Positions 10,311 to 19,687 of a stretch of DNA of 64,000 bases are shown here, one piece after another (position 1 is the stretch's first letter; every line of letters starts with the position of its first letter). Source of the DNA: Nitrospirota bacterium (GTDB taxonomy: Bacteria > Nitrospirota > UBA9217). The stretch lies in assembly GCA_963740085.1 (NCBI GenBank), contig CAVUCU010000001.1, forward strand, positions 768,001 to 832,000, given 5' to 3'. The notes beneath the pieces were generated by a model that saw only the letters and a list, made by a program, of their open reading frames with translations, was not told the DNA's origin and searched no databases. The translations under genes and the position numbers were made by a program.

Positions 10311-11825
10311 TCACGGAAATAACGGATACGATTTGACCGTGGAGACCCGGTCCCTCCCGCCCTCTTTTGAAGCATACATGGCGTCGTCAGTACGCTTGAT
10401 GAGAGAATCGGCGGTATCGCTGTCCGCCTCAAGGCTGGACAATCCGATACTCAAAGACAGCCGAATTGATTTATCTTCCGTAAAGCTCATTTCAGCATTT
10501 CTCACGGCAGTGAGGATCTTGTCAGCGATCTTTTCCGCGCCCTTGATCGAAGTCTGCGGAAGGAGAAGCATGAACTCATCACCTCCGTACCGCCCGGCAA
10601 TGTCCGCCTTCCGAAGAATGGTCTTCAAGGCCGCCGCAATGGACTGCAAGGCCCGGTCTCCCGCGTCATGGCCGCAGGCATCATTGATCTCCTTGAAATT
10701 GTCTATATCGCAGAGAATAAGGGACAAATCAGAATTGTACCGCTTGGCACGGTCGATCTCATAGAGAAGGCTGTCGGTAAGCGCTCTCCGGTTCATAAGA
10801 CCGGTAAGGCCGTCCGTGCTTGACAGATATTCCAATTTCTTGATGAGGAGCCGCTTTTCCTCCTCGGATCTCTTCCGGTCGGTAATGTCCCGAGTATATT
10901 CGATGGTGTGAGAAACGAGGCCATCCTCGTCGAGGATGGGATAGGTGCTGATCTCCACCCAGATCCCGGTTCCGTCATGCAGGGTGATGAACTTGTCTTT
11001 CACGCAGGGGTTGGCTGAATTGAAGGTCGTACTCACCACGCACCCCTCGCAGACGCTCGTCCTGTTGTGCAGCACTTCATGACATTTTCTGCCGATCAGT
11101 TCTCCGGCTTCCTTGTTTTTCATCCGCGCATAGGCATCGTTTGCCCGTATGATCTGGAAGTTGCGGTCGAAAATGCTGAACGGGTCGCGGATACTGTCAA
11201 AGATGGTGTTCAGAAACCGTTCCGACCGGCGCAGCCGTTCCTCGCGTCGTTTGCGCCAGGCAATGTCGCGAATGATGCATATCCGGCTTCCATCCTCAAG
11301 CATGGTGATAGAAGCCTCTTGATAATAGGTGCTGCCGTTCTTCCGAGTCCCGAGCAATTCCCCGCGCCATCGGCCCCTTTTCTCCACTATTGGTTCAACG
11401 GTGGATCGTATCCGCTCATACTCCCGGTCCCCGTAAGCAATCCGGCATGTTTTGCCCGTTAGTTCCCCCGGACCATCATATCCATTGATCGTTGCAAAAG
11501 CCTGGTTCACGTAGACATATGTTCCCCCGGGATTGCTAATGGCGATCCCATCCATGGAGGTCTCAATGGCTGCGGAATGCTTCCGGAGGATTACCCCGGT
11601 CCTGCGATGTCTGGCCGTTATTATTGCGATGATACCGAAGGCAAGAAAACTCAGCGTCAGGAGGATGCGAAGAAAATATTCGTCGGCACTTCTGTTCAGC
11701 AAGAGGCTTAAAAATGTTCCCTTGTGCAATACCAGGGCGTAAAAGGCAGAGTCAAGGGTCCAGATGGACACGACGGCAATGACCGTGGTTATGATGATCT
11801 TATGTTCGGCTTTTATTTTTTCCAT
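10311..11825 (-). CDS. Membrane-anchored PAS/PAC diguanylate cyclase
   Basis: Two TM helices, two PAS domains, DGLTGLMNRR, RKADIAGRYGGDEF (RxxD I-site present). Confidence 0.92.
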   Translation of the reverse strand: MEKIKAEHKIIITTVIAVVSIWTLDSAFYALVLHKGTFLSLLLNRSADEYFLRILLTLSFLAFGIIAIITARHRRTGVILRKHSAAIETSMDGIAISNPGGTYVYVNQAFATINGYDGPGELTGKTCRIAYGDREYERIRSTVEPIVEKRGRWRGELLGTRKNGSTYYQEASITMLEDGSRICIIRDIAWRKRREERLRRSERFLNTIFDSIRDPFSIFDRNFQIIRANDAYARMKNKEAGELIGRKCHEVLHNRTSVCEGCVVSTTFNSANPCVKDKFITLHDGTGIWVEISTYPILDEDGLVSHTIEYTRDITDRKRSEEEKRLLIKKLEYLSSTDGLTGLMNRRALTDSLLYEIDRAKRYNSDLSLILCDIDNFKEINDACGHDAGDRALQSIAAALKTILRKADIAGRYGGDEFMLLLPQTSIKGAEKIADKILTAVRNAEMSFTEDKSIRLSLSIGLSSLEADSDTADSLIKRTDDAMYASKEGGRDRVSTVKSYPLFP

Positions 11826-11879
11826 ACAATTGCATTATACACCACCGCGACGCGGAGACGCAGGGGAATTGAAAGTGCA

Positions 11880-13292
11880 TCACACGTTCGTTTTGACACT
11901 CTCCTCGATTCCCAGGACCTTCTCAACGATCTCAGCAAGCTCCTCATCGTGGTCGTGGTTCAGGGTGAATACCCTGCACTGCACCACGCGCGCGGGGATA
12001 TAGTCGAAGAAATCCTTGAGCGGTTCCTTCTCCACTTTGCGCGTCGAGGGGTTGAACACATGGATCTGGCGCTCGCCCATCATAAGCGGGTTGACCGGCC
12101 TCGGATCCTGACTGGCCATATCCACCCGGAACTGCAGGTCCTTGAGCTTCGGCGAAAGATTCCTCTTGATCCTGACCACCAGTTCCCTGGCATCGATGAT
12201 GGTTTTCCCTTTCTCGAAGGTCTTCATGGAAAGCGTCACATCATAGGCCATTTTCCATTTTACCTCGCGCGAAAGGATTGCAGCCCATTCCCGTCCGAGC
12301 GCTGCCGTGGCGTCATCTTCATTATCGCCCCACTTTCGCACGGCCTCGAGCAGGGACCAGTCGGTCAGTTCCCGGTATCCCCTGAGGTTGTCAACAGGGT
12401 TGAACGGGAACAACGCCGCCATAGTGTCCTTGAACAGTTCCTTGAGGTGCTCGTCGATCGCCCGCGTGGTGCGATGGTAGTAGACGTTCGTGTACATATA
12501 CAGCCGGGCATTCAGGAACATGTTCAGAGCGGTAAGCCCGGACTTGTGGAGCGTGAGGCCCTTGTCCGTAAAGAACGTATAATACATCAGCCGGTCGATG
12601 TCCACCGCGCCGATGGCCACGCCGCACATGTAAGCGTCGCGCATGACGTAGTCGAGGTTGTCAACGGTGTAAATGCCCGAGAGAAGAGGCTGGAGGAAGA
12701 CAAGCCACTGCTGCTTTTTTGCCGTCGATGCCGGCTGGGCCCCCTTGCCGATCAGGAATGCGATCTGCTCCGGGTCCAGCTTCTCTTTCTTCGCAAATTC
12801 GCCGTTGGGACTTCGACGGATGTCTTTGATGATCTCCGCCAGTTCGTTCTTGATAATGTGCTGTCCCAGTTTTTCATGGGTCAGGCCGAACTGTTCAAGA
12901 TAGTTGTCGTCGAAGAAGTGTCCGAAGGGGCCATGCCCCACGTCATGAAGGAGGGCCGTCACCCGCAAAAGTTCCTCGATATAGTTTGCCGAAGGACAAT
13001 CCGGCGACGCGGCCTTGAGAGAGGGATAGAGGTGACGGGCGAACCGGCCCGCCAGGTGCATGGCGCCGAGCGAGTGCTGGAACCTGCTATGCTCCGCCGA
13101 GGGATAGACCCACCGGGCGCTCTGAAGCTGATATATCTGTCGCAGGCGCTGCATCCAGGCAGTATCGATCAGGTCCTTCTCGGTCTTTTCGCCCGCAGAG
13201 CGGGGCGTGGTAAATGAGATGTAGCCATGGACCGGATCGCCCAGCAGGGCGGTACCATCATAGAATTCTTCACCCCGGGTAAGTTCGCGCAT
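11880..13292 (-). CDS. HD-domain phosphohydrolase (SAMHD1/dNTP triphosphohydrolase-like)
   Basis: DPVHG, QRLRQIYQL, HSRFQHSLG, LLHDVGHGPFGH, DNLDYVMRD and VYYH motifs. Confidence 0.9.
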   Translation of the reverse strand: MRELTRGEEFYDGTALLGDPVHGYISFTTPRSAGEKTEKDLIDTAWMQRLRQIYQLQSARWVYPSAEHSRFQHSLGAMHLAGRFARHLYPSLKAASPDCPSANYIEELLRVTALLHDVGHGPFGHFFDDNYLEQFGLTHEKLGQHIIKNELAEIIKDIRRSPNGEFAKKEKLDPEQIAFLIGKGAQPASTAKKQQWLVFLQPLLSGIYTVDNLDYVMRDAYMCGVAIGAVDIDRLMYYTFFTDKGLTLHKSGLTALNMFLNARLYMYTNVYYHRTTRAIDEHLKELFKDTMAALFPFNPVDNLRGYRELTDWSLLEAVRKWGDNEDDATAALGREWAAILSREVKWKMAYDVTLSMKTFEKGKTIIDARELVVRIKRNLSPKLKDLQFRVDMASQDPRPVNPLMMGERQIHVFNPSTRKVEKEPLKDFFDYIPARVVQCRVFTLNHDHDEELAEIVEKVLGIEESVKTNV

Positions 13293-13499
13293 GGAATGAT
13301 TATACCGTGAAATAAGTTCCAGTCAACTACAAAGACCGTACTTCGGGGTCCAAGCATCGGTCGTGAAGTTCACCCTCACGCGACAAAGCGTCTCGGGCAC
13401 CTGGTCATTGACCGGGACATGCGCATCCTCGCTGCAGGCGAAATACTCGATGTGAGAATGGGATAGACATGCGGACTTCGCACAGCGGAACCATCGGAA

Positions 13500-14027
13500 T
13501 CAAAGCAGAATATACGCCTTTGCTCCCGCTTCAATAGCATAATAAACCGACCGAAAGTCTTTTTTAGAAAGCGAGTAACGCGGGATTCCCGCCTCGAGCT
13601 TTGCCTCCGGTGCATGCACACCCTGCAGGACCAGGGATTTGTCGAAGACCAGCAGCTTCCTTTGCCTGGCCCCCTCGATCTTTTGTGTAAGCGTCAGCGC
13701 TCCGCGAGTGAGCCTGTGGGCGCGGTCTGATACTGAAACACGCTTGAAATGAAAATCCTTGAGCACCCGGTTCTTGTACTTGAGCTGCCCGGTCTTTTTG
13801 GAAATATTGAGGATGAGGTATTTCGAGTCCGACGTGTACATCGTCCTCTGAAAAACCAGATAGTCCTGCTCCCGCTTGAGCGTCTTGATCCTGATGCTCA
13901 GCTGCTTCTGCTGTTGGAGCAGCTTTCCCCGCTCTTCCCTGTTCTCATCGCCGTTGACCGCACCCGTAAGGAACAAGGAGAGCAAAAGGATCCACCAGAT
14001 TGTTTTGCTTCTTACATTACTCTGCAC
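13500..14027 (-). CDS. Exported L,D-transpeptidase-like protein lacking catalytic residues
   Basis: Signal peptide, coiled coil, YkuD-like C-terminus without HGT or HGC motifs. Confidence 0.6.
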   Translation of the reverse strand: MQSNVRSKTIWWILLLSLFLTGAVNGDENREERGKLLQQQKQLSIRIKTLKREQDYLVFQRTMYTSDSKYLILNISKKTGQLKYKNRVLKDFHFKRVSVSDRAHRLTRGALTLTQKIEGARQRKLLVFDKSLVLQGVHAPEAKLEAGIPRYSLSKKDFRSVYYAIEAGAKAYILL

Positions 14028-14066
14028 TCGACACTCCGATTTCCGCGATAGACGCCCCGTTCCGGA

Positions 14067-14720
14067 CTAATAGATATACACCTTGGTGCCGTTCTTCACT
14101 GATGTATGGACCACTTCGAGGTCCTCGTCGCCAAGGGAAATGCACCCGTGGGTAAAATGGGTCCCGAGAAGGTTCTTCCACTTCGTGCCGTGGATCTTAT
14201 ACCCGTTCCCGAGAAGAATGGCATACTTGCCCAGCACGTCCCGCACGATCCGGTCCGGGTCGTTCTGCGGCGGTATAGGCATGTTCTCTTCCACATAGGA
14301 CCAGTCGGGCCTGATCCAGACCGGGTTTCGTTCCCTGCCAAGGACCGTGAGCGATCCCATGGGGGTTTCGAAATACCATTTTCTTCCCCTGTCCTCTTTG
14401 AGGAACTGACGGCTGCCGGTCCCCACTTTAGCCGTCAAAAGAATTGATTTACCTTGTCTCATCGCAAGCCGATTGTTTTCCGTGTCCACGACCAGGTAGA
14501 GCTCATCGTCCTCCATGTCCCTGAGCATGTTCCCGAGCCCCTGATTTTCCTCATCAAGCTGCGCGGCCTGCTCCTTCAGTGCCTGCACGTGACTGCGAAG
14601 CGCCTCGATCGGCACAGTCTGAACTTCTGCAAATCCCGTCAACGGTATGATGACGAGCAGGAGAAGGGACAGTGTGCAGGCGAGTATCATCTTCCTTTTT
14701 TTCGCGTTCTTATTCCACAT
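14067..14720 (-). CDS. L,D-transpeptidase (YkuD family)
   Basis: ETPMG, NPVW and IHGT...THGCISL catalytic motif; signal peptide. Confidence 0.9.
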   Translation of the reverse strand: MWNKNAKKRKMILACTLSLLLLVIIPLTGFAEVQTVPIEALRSHVQALKEQAAQLDEENQGLGNMLRDMEDDELYLVVDTENNRLAMRQGKSILLTAKVGTGSRQFLKEDRGRKWYFETPMGSLTVLGRERNPVWIRPDWSYVEENMPIPPQNDPDRIVRDVLGKYAILLGNGYKIHGTKWKNLLGTHFTHGCISLGDEDLEVVHTSVKNGTKVYIY

Positions 14721-14730
14721 TCCGCATTCC

Positions 14731-16107
14731 TCATTCCGAATTGAGAAATATCTTCCCCGGGTTCAATATATTGTTCGGGTCAAGAGCATGTTTGATCCTT
14801 CTCATCGCCCCAATCGCAGCCTGCCCCAGTTCCATCGGCAGGTAGGCTGCCTTTGACAAGCCGATCCCGTGCTCGCCGGTAATGCTGCCCCCCAGCCGCA
14901 GTGTGGATGCGAATATCTCTTTTACCGCAGCTTCCGCCTTCGGCGTGTCCACTTCGTCGAACATGATATTCGTATGAATATTACCGTCACCGGCATGTCC
15001 GAAGTTCACGATCAAAAGGCCGTGCCGCTCTGCGATCGCAGCGATCTCCTGCAGGCTGTCGGCGATCCTGCTGCGCGGCACAACAATGTCTTCATTCAAC
15101 TTTTTCGGCTTGATCGTATACAGCGCCGGAGAGATCGACCGCCGTGCCTTCCAAAGATGTTCCCGCTCCGTTTCTGTTTCGGCCCTTTTCACGCGTACGG
15201 CGCCGCTGAGCATCATGATCTCTGCTATCCGGTCCGCCTCCCGTGCCGTGGATTCAGCGGGTCCGTCCACCTCCACCAGCAGCATGGCGGCGGCTCCATG
15301 CGACAGGTCTTCTTTCAAATAGCCCTCGACCGCCCTGAGCGCCGCCTGGTCCACAAACTCGAGCGCCCGGGGAAGGACACCGCTTGCCATGATCGCGGAT
15401 GCCGTTTTCGCGGCGACAGGGACCCCGTTGAAAAAAGCTGCCAGGGTCCTCACGCTTTCCGGCAGGCGCAGGAGTCTCAGGGTGATCCTGGTAACCACGC
15501 CAAGCGTGCCTTCAGACCCGACAATGAGTTTCGTGAGGTCATATCCGGCCACGCTCTTGACCGTGCGCGCGCCGGTAGTGATGGTCTCGCCGGTGGGCAG
15601 CACAACCTCCAAACCGAGCACATAGTCCTTGGTAACGCCATACTTCACGGCGCGAAGTCCTCCCGCGCATTCAGCCACATTCCCTCCCAGGGTGCAAAAC
15701 TGGCGGCTCGCCGGGTCCGGCGGATAGAAGAGACTGCGCGATTCGACCTCGCGCTGCAGATCGCCGGTTATTACGCCTGGTTCGACCACGGCGATAAAAT
15801 CCTGTTCATCGATCTCGAGAATGTGGTTCATGCGCTCGAGCGACAGCACCACGCCGCCCTGGACCGGAACAGACCCTCCGGACATTCCGGTCCCCGCCCC
15901 GCGCGGCACCACCGGGAATCGTTCCCGGTTGGCGAGCCCAAGTATCTCCGAGATTTCCCGGGAAGAACGAGGACGCACCACGACCCAGGGGAGCGATTCC
16001 CGCCGGGTTGCATCGTAGGAATAGACGACCAGCTCTTCAGGTGAGAGGGAGAAGTGAGCGGTACCGACGATGGACTTCAGTTCTTTAAGAGCAGATGGTT
16101 TAAGCAT
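14731..16107 (-). CDS. glcD: FAD-linked oxidase (GlcD/D-lactate dehydrogenase family)
   Basis: PRGAGTGMSGG, YPPDPAS, GSEGTLG, GHAGDGNIH and GEHGIG motifs. Confidence 0.85.
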   Translation of the reverse strand: MLKPSALKELKSIVGTAHFSLSPEELVVYSYDATRRESLPWVVVRPRSSREISEILGLANRERFPVVPRGAGTGMSGGSVPVQGGVVLSLERMNHILEIDEQDFIAVVEPGVITGDLQREVESRSLFYPPDPASRQFCTLGGNVAECAGGLRAVKYGVTKDYVLGLEVVLPTGETITTGARTVKSVAGYDLTKLIVGSEGTLGVVTRITLRLLRLPESVRTLAAFFNGVPVAAKTASAIMASGVLPRALEFVDQAALRAVEGYLKEDLSHGAAAMLLVEVDGPAESTAREADRIAEIMMLSGAVRVKRAETETEREHLWKARRSISPALYTIKPKKLNEDIVVPRSRIADSLQEIAAIAERHGLLIVNFGHAGDGNIHTNIMFDEVDTPKAEAAVKEIFASTLRLGGSITGEHGIGLSKAAYLPMELGQAAIGAMRRIKHALDPNNILNPGKIFLNSE

Positions 16108-17680
16108 ACACGCGATAATCGATATCGGGGAACGGATTGTCGCTGTATTCTATATCTCCAAGCCAGCGTTCGTCAAGAGTGTTTCCTTTAATATCGTGAT
16201 ACAACTTGTCGAACCTCAGCAAATGCTCTTTCGTTCTCTTGACCGCATATTCGACATGGCTGCCGGTCTTCATGATAAAGGCCCAGTCCGAGCTCTGGGC
16301 AAGCAGCAGTTCCCGCGCCGCCTGTTTCAACGCCCGCTGCTGCAAACCCTCGGAACTGGGAAATGACCGGCTCAGCTCCACCATGCGGTCAGCAGCCTTG
16401 TGTAAATGCCGGTAGATCCAGTCGTTCGTTCCGTTCAGCCACACCTCAGCATATCCCCTGTAGCCCCAGCTTGAAGGAGACGGCGCGGAGACCTGGCACT
16501 GCGGGTTCTCCCGCAAATACTCGGAAGGGGTGATGAGGCGCACCGTCTTCTGATCGCACACGGTTTTACGGATCAGGAAGTTGATCCAGTCCGGTCCCTC
16601 GAACCACCAGTGGCCGTACAACTCCGCGTCGTAAGGCGCAACGATAATCGGCTTCCGTTCGGGGAAAATCCCGGCGAGCCATTCGACCTGCTTCTCCCGG
16701 TTGAACAGGAAGTTGCCGGCGTGCTCGGCTGCCCGCTCGAGCGCCCAGCGCCGGACATAGGGCTCTTTGTCGTTCGACGCGCCCGTGATCTTGTGATACT
16801 TGATCCCCAGGTTCACGCGCACGCCGTCCGGGTGCAGGTAGGGTCTTACGTACTCATAGTCAAGGTCAAAGCCGATATCACGATAGAAATCCCGGTAGTT
16901 GTAGTCCCCCGGGTAGCCCTCTACGGAACTCCAGACCTGCTTTGATGATTCGATGTCCCTCCCGAAGACTGCCACGCCCGAGCGGGTATAAATCGGCGCG
17001 TAAACCCCGTACCTCGGCCGGGGCGAAGCGTGGAAGACCCCGTGAGAATCCGTGAAGAAGTAGCGAATGCCCGCTTCATGCAGAATCTCATCAAGCCCCG
17101 CGTAGTAGCCGCACTCCGGCAGCCAGATACCCTTCGGCGCGCTGCCAAAATGCTTTTTGTAATGTTCGACTGCGACCAAGACCTGCGCGCGGACTGCGTT
17201 TCTGTTCTGCATGAGCGGCAAAAATCCGTGCGTGGCCGCACAGGTGATGATCTCCAGCACGCCCAGGTCCTGAAATTTCTTGAATGCCGTGATCAGGTTG
17301 CTGCCGTACTTTTTCTCAAACACCGTGCGGGCATTAAGAAACATGTCCCGATACATGTGCGCAAGAGTGTTGAACTCCGGCTGGTCCCTGGTGCGCACGA
17401 TCTCGTTCTCCGCGAGTTCAATGAGTTTGCCGATATGACGCAGATATCGATGCTGAAGCAGGGGATCGGTCAGCATGGCGATAAGCGTGGGTGTCAGACT
17501 CATGGTGATGCGAAAGTCTATGCGATCGTTCACCAGTCCGTCGAAAATATCGATGAGCGGGATGTACGTCTCGGTGATGGCCTCATACAACCAGTCCTCT
17601 TCCAGGAACCGGTCATGTTCCGGGTGTCTTACATAGGGTAAATGGCTGTGAAGCACCAGCGCCAGATAACCTTTCTCCAT
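16100..17680 (-). CDS. GH57 1,4-alpha-glucan branching enzyme (DUF1957)
   Basis: LVLHSHLPYV, ETYIPL, GIWLPEC, PYDAELYGHWWFEG and LAQSSDWAFI motifs. Confidence 0.92.
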   Translation of the reverse strand: MEKGYLALVLHSHLPYVRHPEHDRFLEEDWLYEAITETYIPLIDIFDGLVNDRIDFRITMSLTPTLIAMLTDPLLQHRYLRHIGKLIELAENEIVRTRDQPEFNTLAHMYRDMFLNARTVFEKKYGSNLITAFKKFQDLGVLEIITCAATHGFLPLMQNRNAVRAQVLVAVEHYKKHFGSAPKGIWLPECGYYAGLDEILHEAGIRYFFTDSHGVFHASPRPRYGVYAPIYTRSGVAVFGRDIESSKQVWSSVEGYPGDYNYRDFYRDIGFDLDYEYVRPYLHPDGVRVNLGIKYHKITGASNDKEPYVRRWALERAAEHAGNFLFNREKQVEWLAGIFPERKPIIVAPYDAELYGHWWFEGPDWINFLIRKTVCDQKTVRLITPSEYLRENPQCQVSAPSPSSWGYRGYAEVWLNGTNDWIYRHLHKAADRMVELSRSFPSSEGLQQRALKQAARELLLAQSSDWAFIMKTGSHVEYAVKRTKEHLLRFDKLYHDIKGNTLDERWLGDIEYSDNPFPDIDYRVYA

Positions 17681-17967
17681 CCTGCCTCCCCTGTCCGTGA
17701 CCTTTTTTTTCTGTGCGACTTTCTTCTGATCGCGCCTTTGCCGAATCATTCACACTGCCTTCCCTGACCCGGACAAGCCGGAACAATACCTTACAACAAA
17801 GTTACCCCGATTGCATCATTCGGTGACAGTTGCTTCACGAAGTCAGCATGGCTTTCGTGGTTGGTTTTACTCATTACTATTTAGACGTTCTTCGCGTCTG
17901 ATGAATATGTGGTGCAAATTCCGTTGCCATTTTAAGAAGAGTTTGATCCTTTCGTAACTGAACAGTC

Positions 17968-18001
17968 AAAAGAAAAGTCCATCCATGAAAGGATGGACTT
18001 T
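17968..18001 (-). terminator. Probable intrinsic terminator after the DUF4912 gene
   Basis: AAAGTCCATCC-ATGAA-AGGATGGACTTT hairpin with A-run on the plus strand (U-tract on minus). Confidence 0.6.
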
Positions 18002-18056
18002 AAACAATGTGTGTTCTCATACGCCGCGGCCGGAGCAAAAGAGCCGGAAACGGGCA

Positions 18057-19049
18057 TTACTTCCGTTTCGCCCGATCTCGGGAGAACAGGCCCGGAGAGG
18101 TTATCTCCAACTCGCGTCTTCGCCTGAGCATCTCCTGCATTTCCGGCGACGAGATGCCTTGCCTGAATCCTTCCGGATAACCATAAAGCTTCCAGAACTC
18201 TTCATCCACGAGCATCCACTCTTCGTCGATCACATCGGAGACGCCGTCGCGCGGCATGGTGATGTAATTCGACCGTGCGATCGTAAGGAACCGCCCTTTC
18301 GGAGAGAGCAGCCCGATGTCCGCGCAGAAGGAATGAGACGGCCGGCCGATATCGAAATACCAGTTCCCGATCCGGTCCACGACCTCCTGGTCGAAATACC
18401 CGGTTGCATTCCGGCCGTCGAACTGCAAACCCGTGATATCGTAGATCCTTACACAAAGCTTGCTATCCCAGCCGAACCATGACTTCTCGCGTTCAATCCG
18501 CGCCGGTGTCGCCTCCCAGTACGCATAGGCCACATATGGATCCCGCGACAAAATAGAAATCCTCTCCTCGTTGTATCCCAGCGGAAGTTCTCCGGAGACT
18601 ACGGAGGACACTTGCGGCAACGGACCGGTATAATACTTCGACTCCGCCACGCGTTCCTGCGCCATGAGCGGCTCCTCAACGCCGGGAGGCAGCTTCCATT
18701 CGCGCACCGGATTGGTCTTCGGCAACGTCTTTCCGGCGGGAGAGCGCTTCTTCATTACGCGCTTCGAGGTGGTCGCGCCCTTCCTGGACTTCACTGCCTG
18801 CTTCTTCGCCGGTTTTGCAACAACCTCTTTTTTTACAATGGATTTTTTTACTGAGGCGGTAACCTTCCCAACCCCCTTTTTTAAAGAAGCAGCAACTCGC
18901 TTTCCTGCGGGTTTCACGGTCGTGGCAACGGCGATGAGCGCTTCGATGATATCTGCCTTCTTACCACCTGCGGATAGGGACACCTTTCTCTTCTTGGCCA
19001 GGGCTTTGAGCTCAGCCACAGTCATTGCTGTTAATTCTGATTTTTTCAT
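18057..19049 (-). CDS. DUF4912 protein with Rho-N-terminal-like domain and Lys-rich linker
   Basis: MTVAELKALAK...KKADII N-terminus; ELPLGYNEERISILSRDPYVAYAYWE, VRIYDITG and ARSN motifs. Confidence 0.85.
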   Translation of the reverse strand: MKKSELTAMTVAELKALAKKRKVSLSAGGKKADIIEALIAVATTVKPAGKRVAASLKKGVGKVTASVKKSIVKKEVVAKPAKKQAVKSRKGATTSKRVMKKRSPAGKTLPKTNPVREWKLPPGVEEPLMAQERVAESKYYTGPLPQVSSVVSGELPLGYNEERISILSRDPYVAYAYWEATPARIEREKSWFGWDSKLCVRIYDITGLQFDGRNATGYFDQEVVDRIGNWYFDIGRPSHSFCADIGLLSPKGRFLTIARSNYITMPRDGVSDVIDEEWMLVDEEFWKLYGYPEGFRQGISSPEMQEMLRRRRELEITSPGLFSRDRAKRK

Positions 19050-19174
19050 CTCAACCCCCTTTCCGTAAACGTGATAGCCGTCCAAAGATAATTACCATAA
19101 GACTATAGCACAAAATACCGCATTTATCAAACCGAATATGCTTCCATGTTTTTGAAAAAATGAAAAAAAGAGCA

Positions 19175-19398
19175 TACTGCGTGCCATGGACCTCGGTTGT
19201 CATCACGGAGCGGGCCCGGAAGGATCAATGCTGCACTCGATCTTACAAACGCGTCCTAGAGACCTCGCCCGGCAAGGTCGGCACGCACTCCGTCGCTCTT
19301 TACCGGATCTAGGCCAAGTAGTCCTGCAGGAACATCCCCTGAAGGTCACCGCCGCGAACACAGGTTCGAGACCGAAACATCATCGCGCACAGCGCAAC
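19175..19398 (-). ncRNA. ssrS: Probable 6S RNA (SsrS)
   Basis: On the minus strand the 5' end UGCGCUGUGCGCGAUG..UUUCGGU..GAACC pairs with the 3' end ACCGAGG..CAUGGCACGCA; ~220-nt rod followed by a U-run. Recognised by eye, no covariance model run. Confidence 0.5.
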
Positions 19399-19555
19399 CG
19401 ATCAGCAGGAAGGCAACGGGTCTGCACCCCGCTTTTCATATTAAATAATTCTGAACCTAAAGCACCCGCTCCTCATCCAACGGACCCGGAACCGATATAC
19501 GCGGAGTTAATACAGATACTTACCTGTCTTATCGCTCAGTTGCATCAAATTGCTC

Positions 19556-19584
19556 TTGACTTCTAAAGTTATAATCAATATATT
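19556..19584 (+). promoter_or_regulatory. Putative sigma70 promoter of the cytochrome selenoprotein gene
   Basis: TTGACT-N17-TATATT in an AT-rich intergenic region. Confidence 0.4.
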
Positions 19585-19687
19585 GCATGGTAATTATAAA
19601 AATTATAATGAGTTTAGAATATACATTACCTCTATTTGTCTCATACGGCGTCACCACGACAAAAAACTAAAAAAAGGAGGTTCATGC

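Noticed and set aside
11724-13217. Long antisense ORFs (also 14869-16044, 35410-36813, 37023-37991, 23593-24558)
   Set aside because: Shadows of well-supported opposite-strand genes in GC-rich DNA, with no motifs.
11880-13292. HD dNTPase as an anti-phage defence gene
   Set aside because: Sits among housekeeping-type genes with normal composition and no defence-island neighbours.
13320-13495. Protein-like short frame between the HD gene and the transpeptidase-like gene
   Set aside because: No clear start, RBS or recognisable family.
19205-19240. SRP RNA-like GGGCCCGGAAGG loop
   Set aside because: Lacks the conserved downstream AGCAG internal-loop context.
19186-19566. 126-aa plus-strand ORF
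   Set aside because: No motif or good RBS; the region is better explained by a structured RNA.
19626-19636. ATTACCTCTAT shared upstream of both clear selenoprotein genes (also 25771-25781)
   Set aside because: Only 11 nt in AT-rich DNA, non-palindromic and in opposite relative orientation; could be chance.
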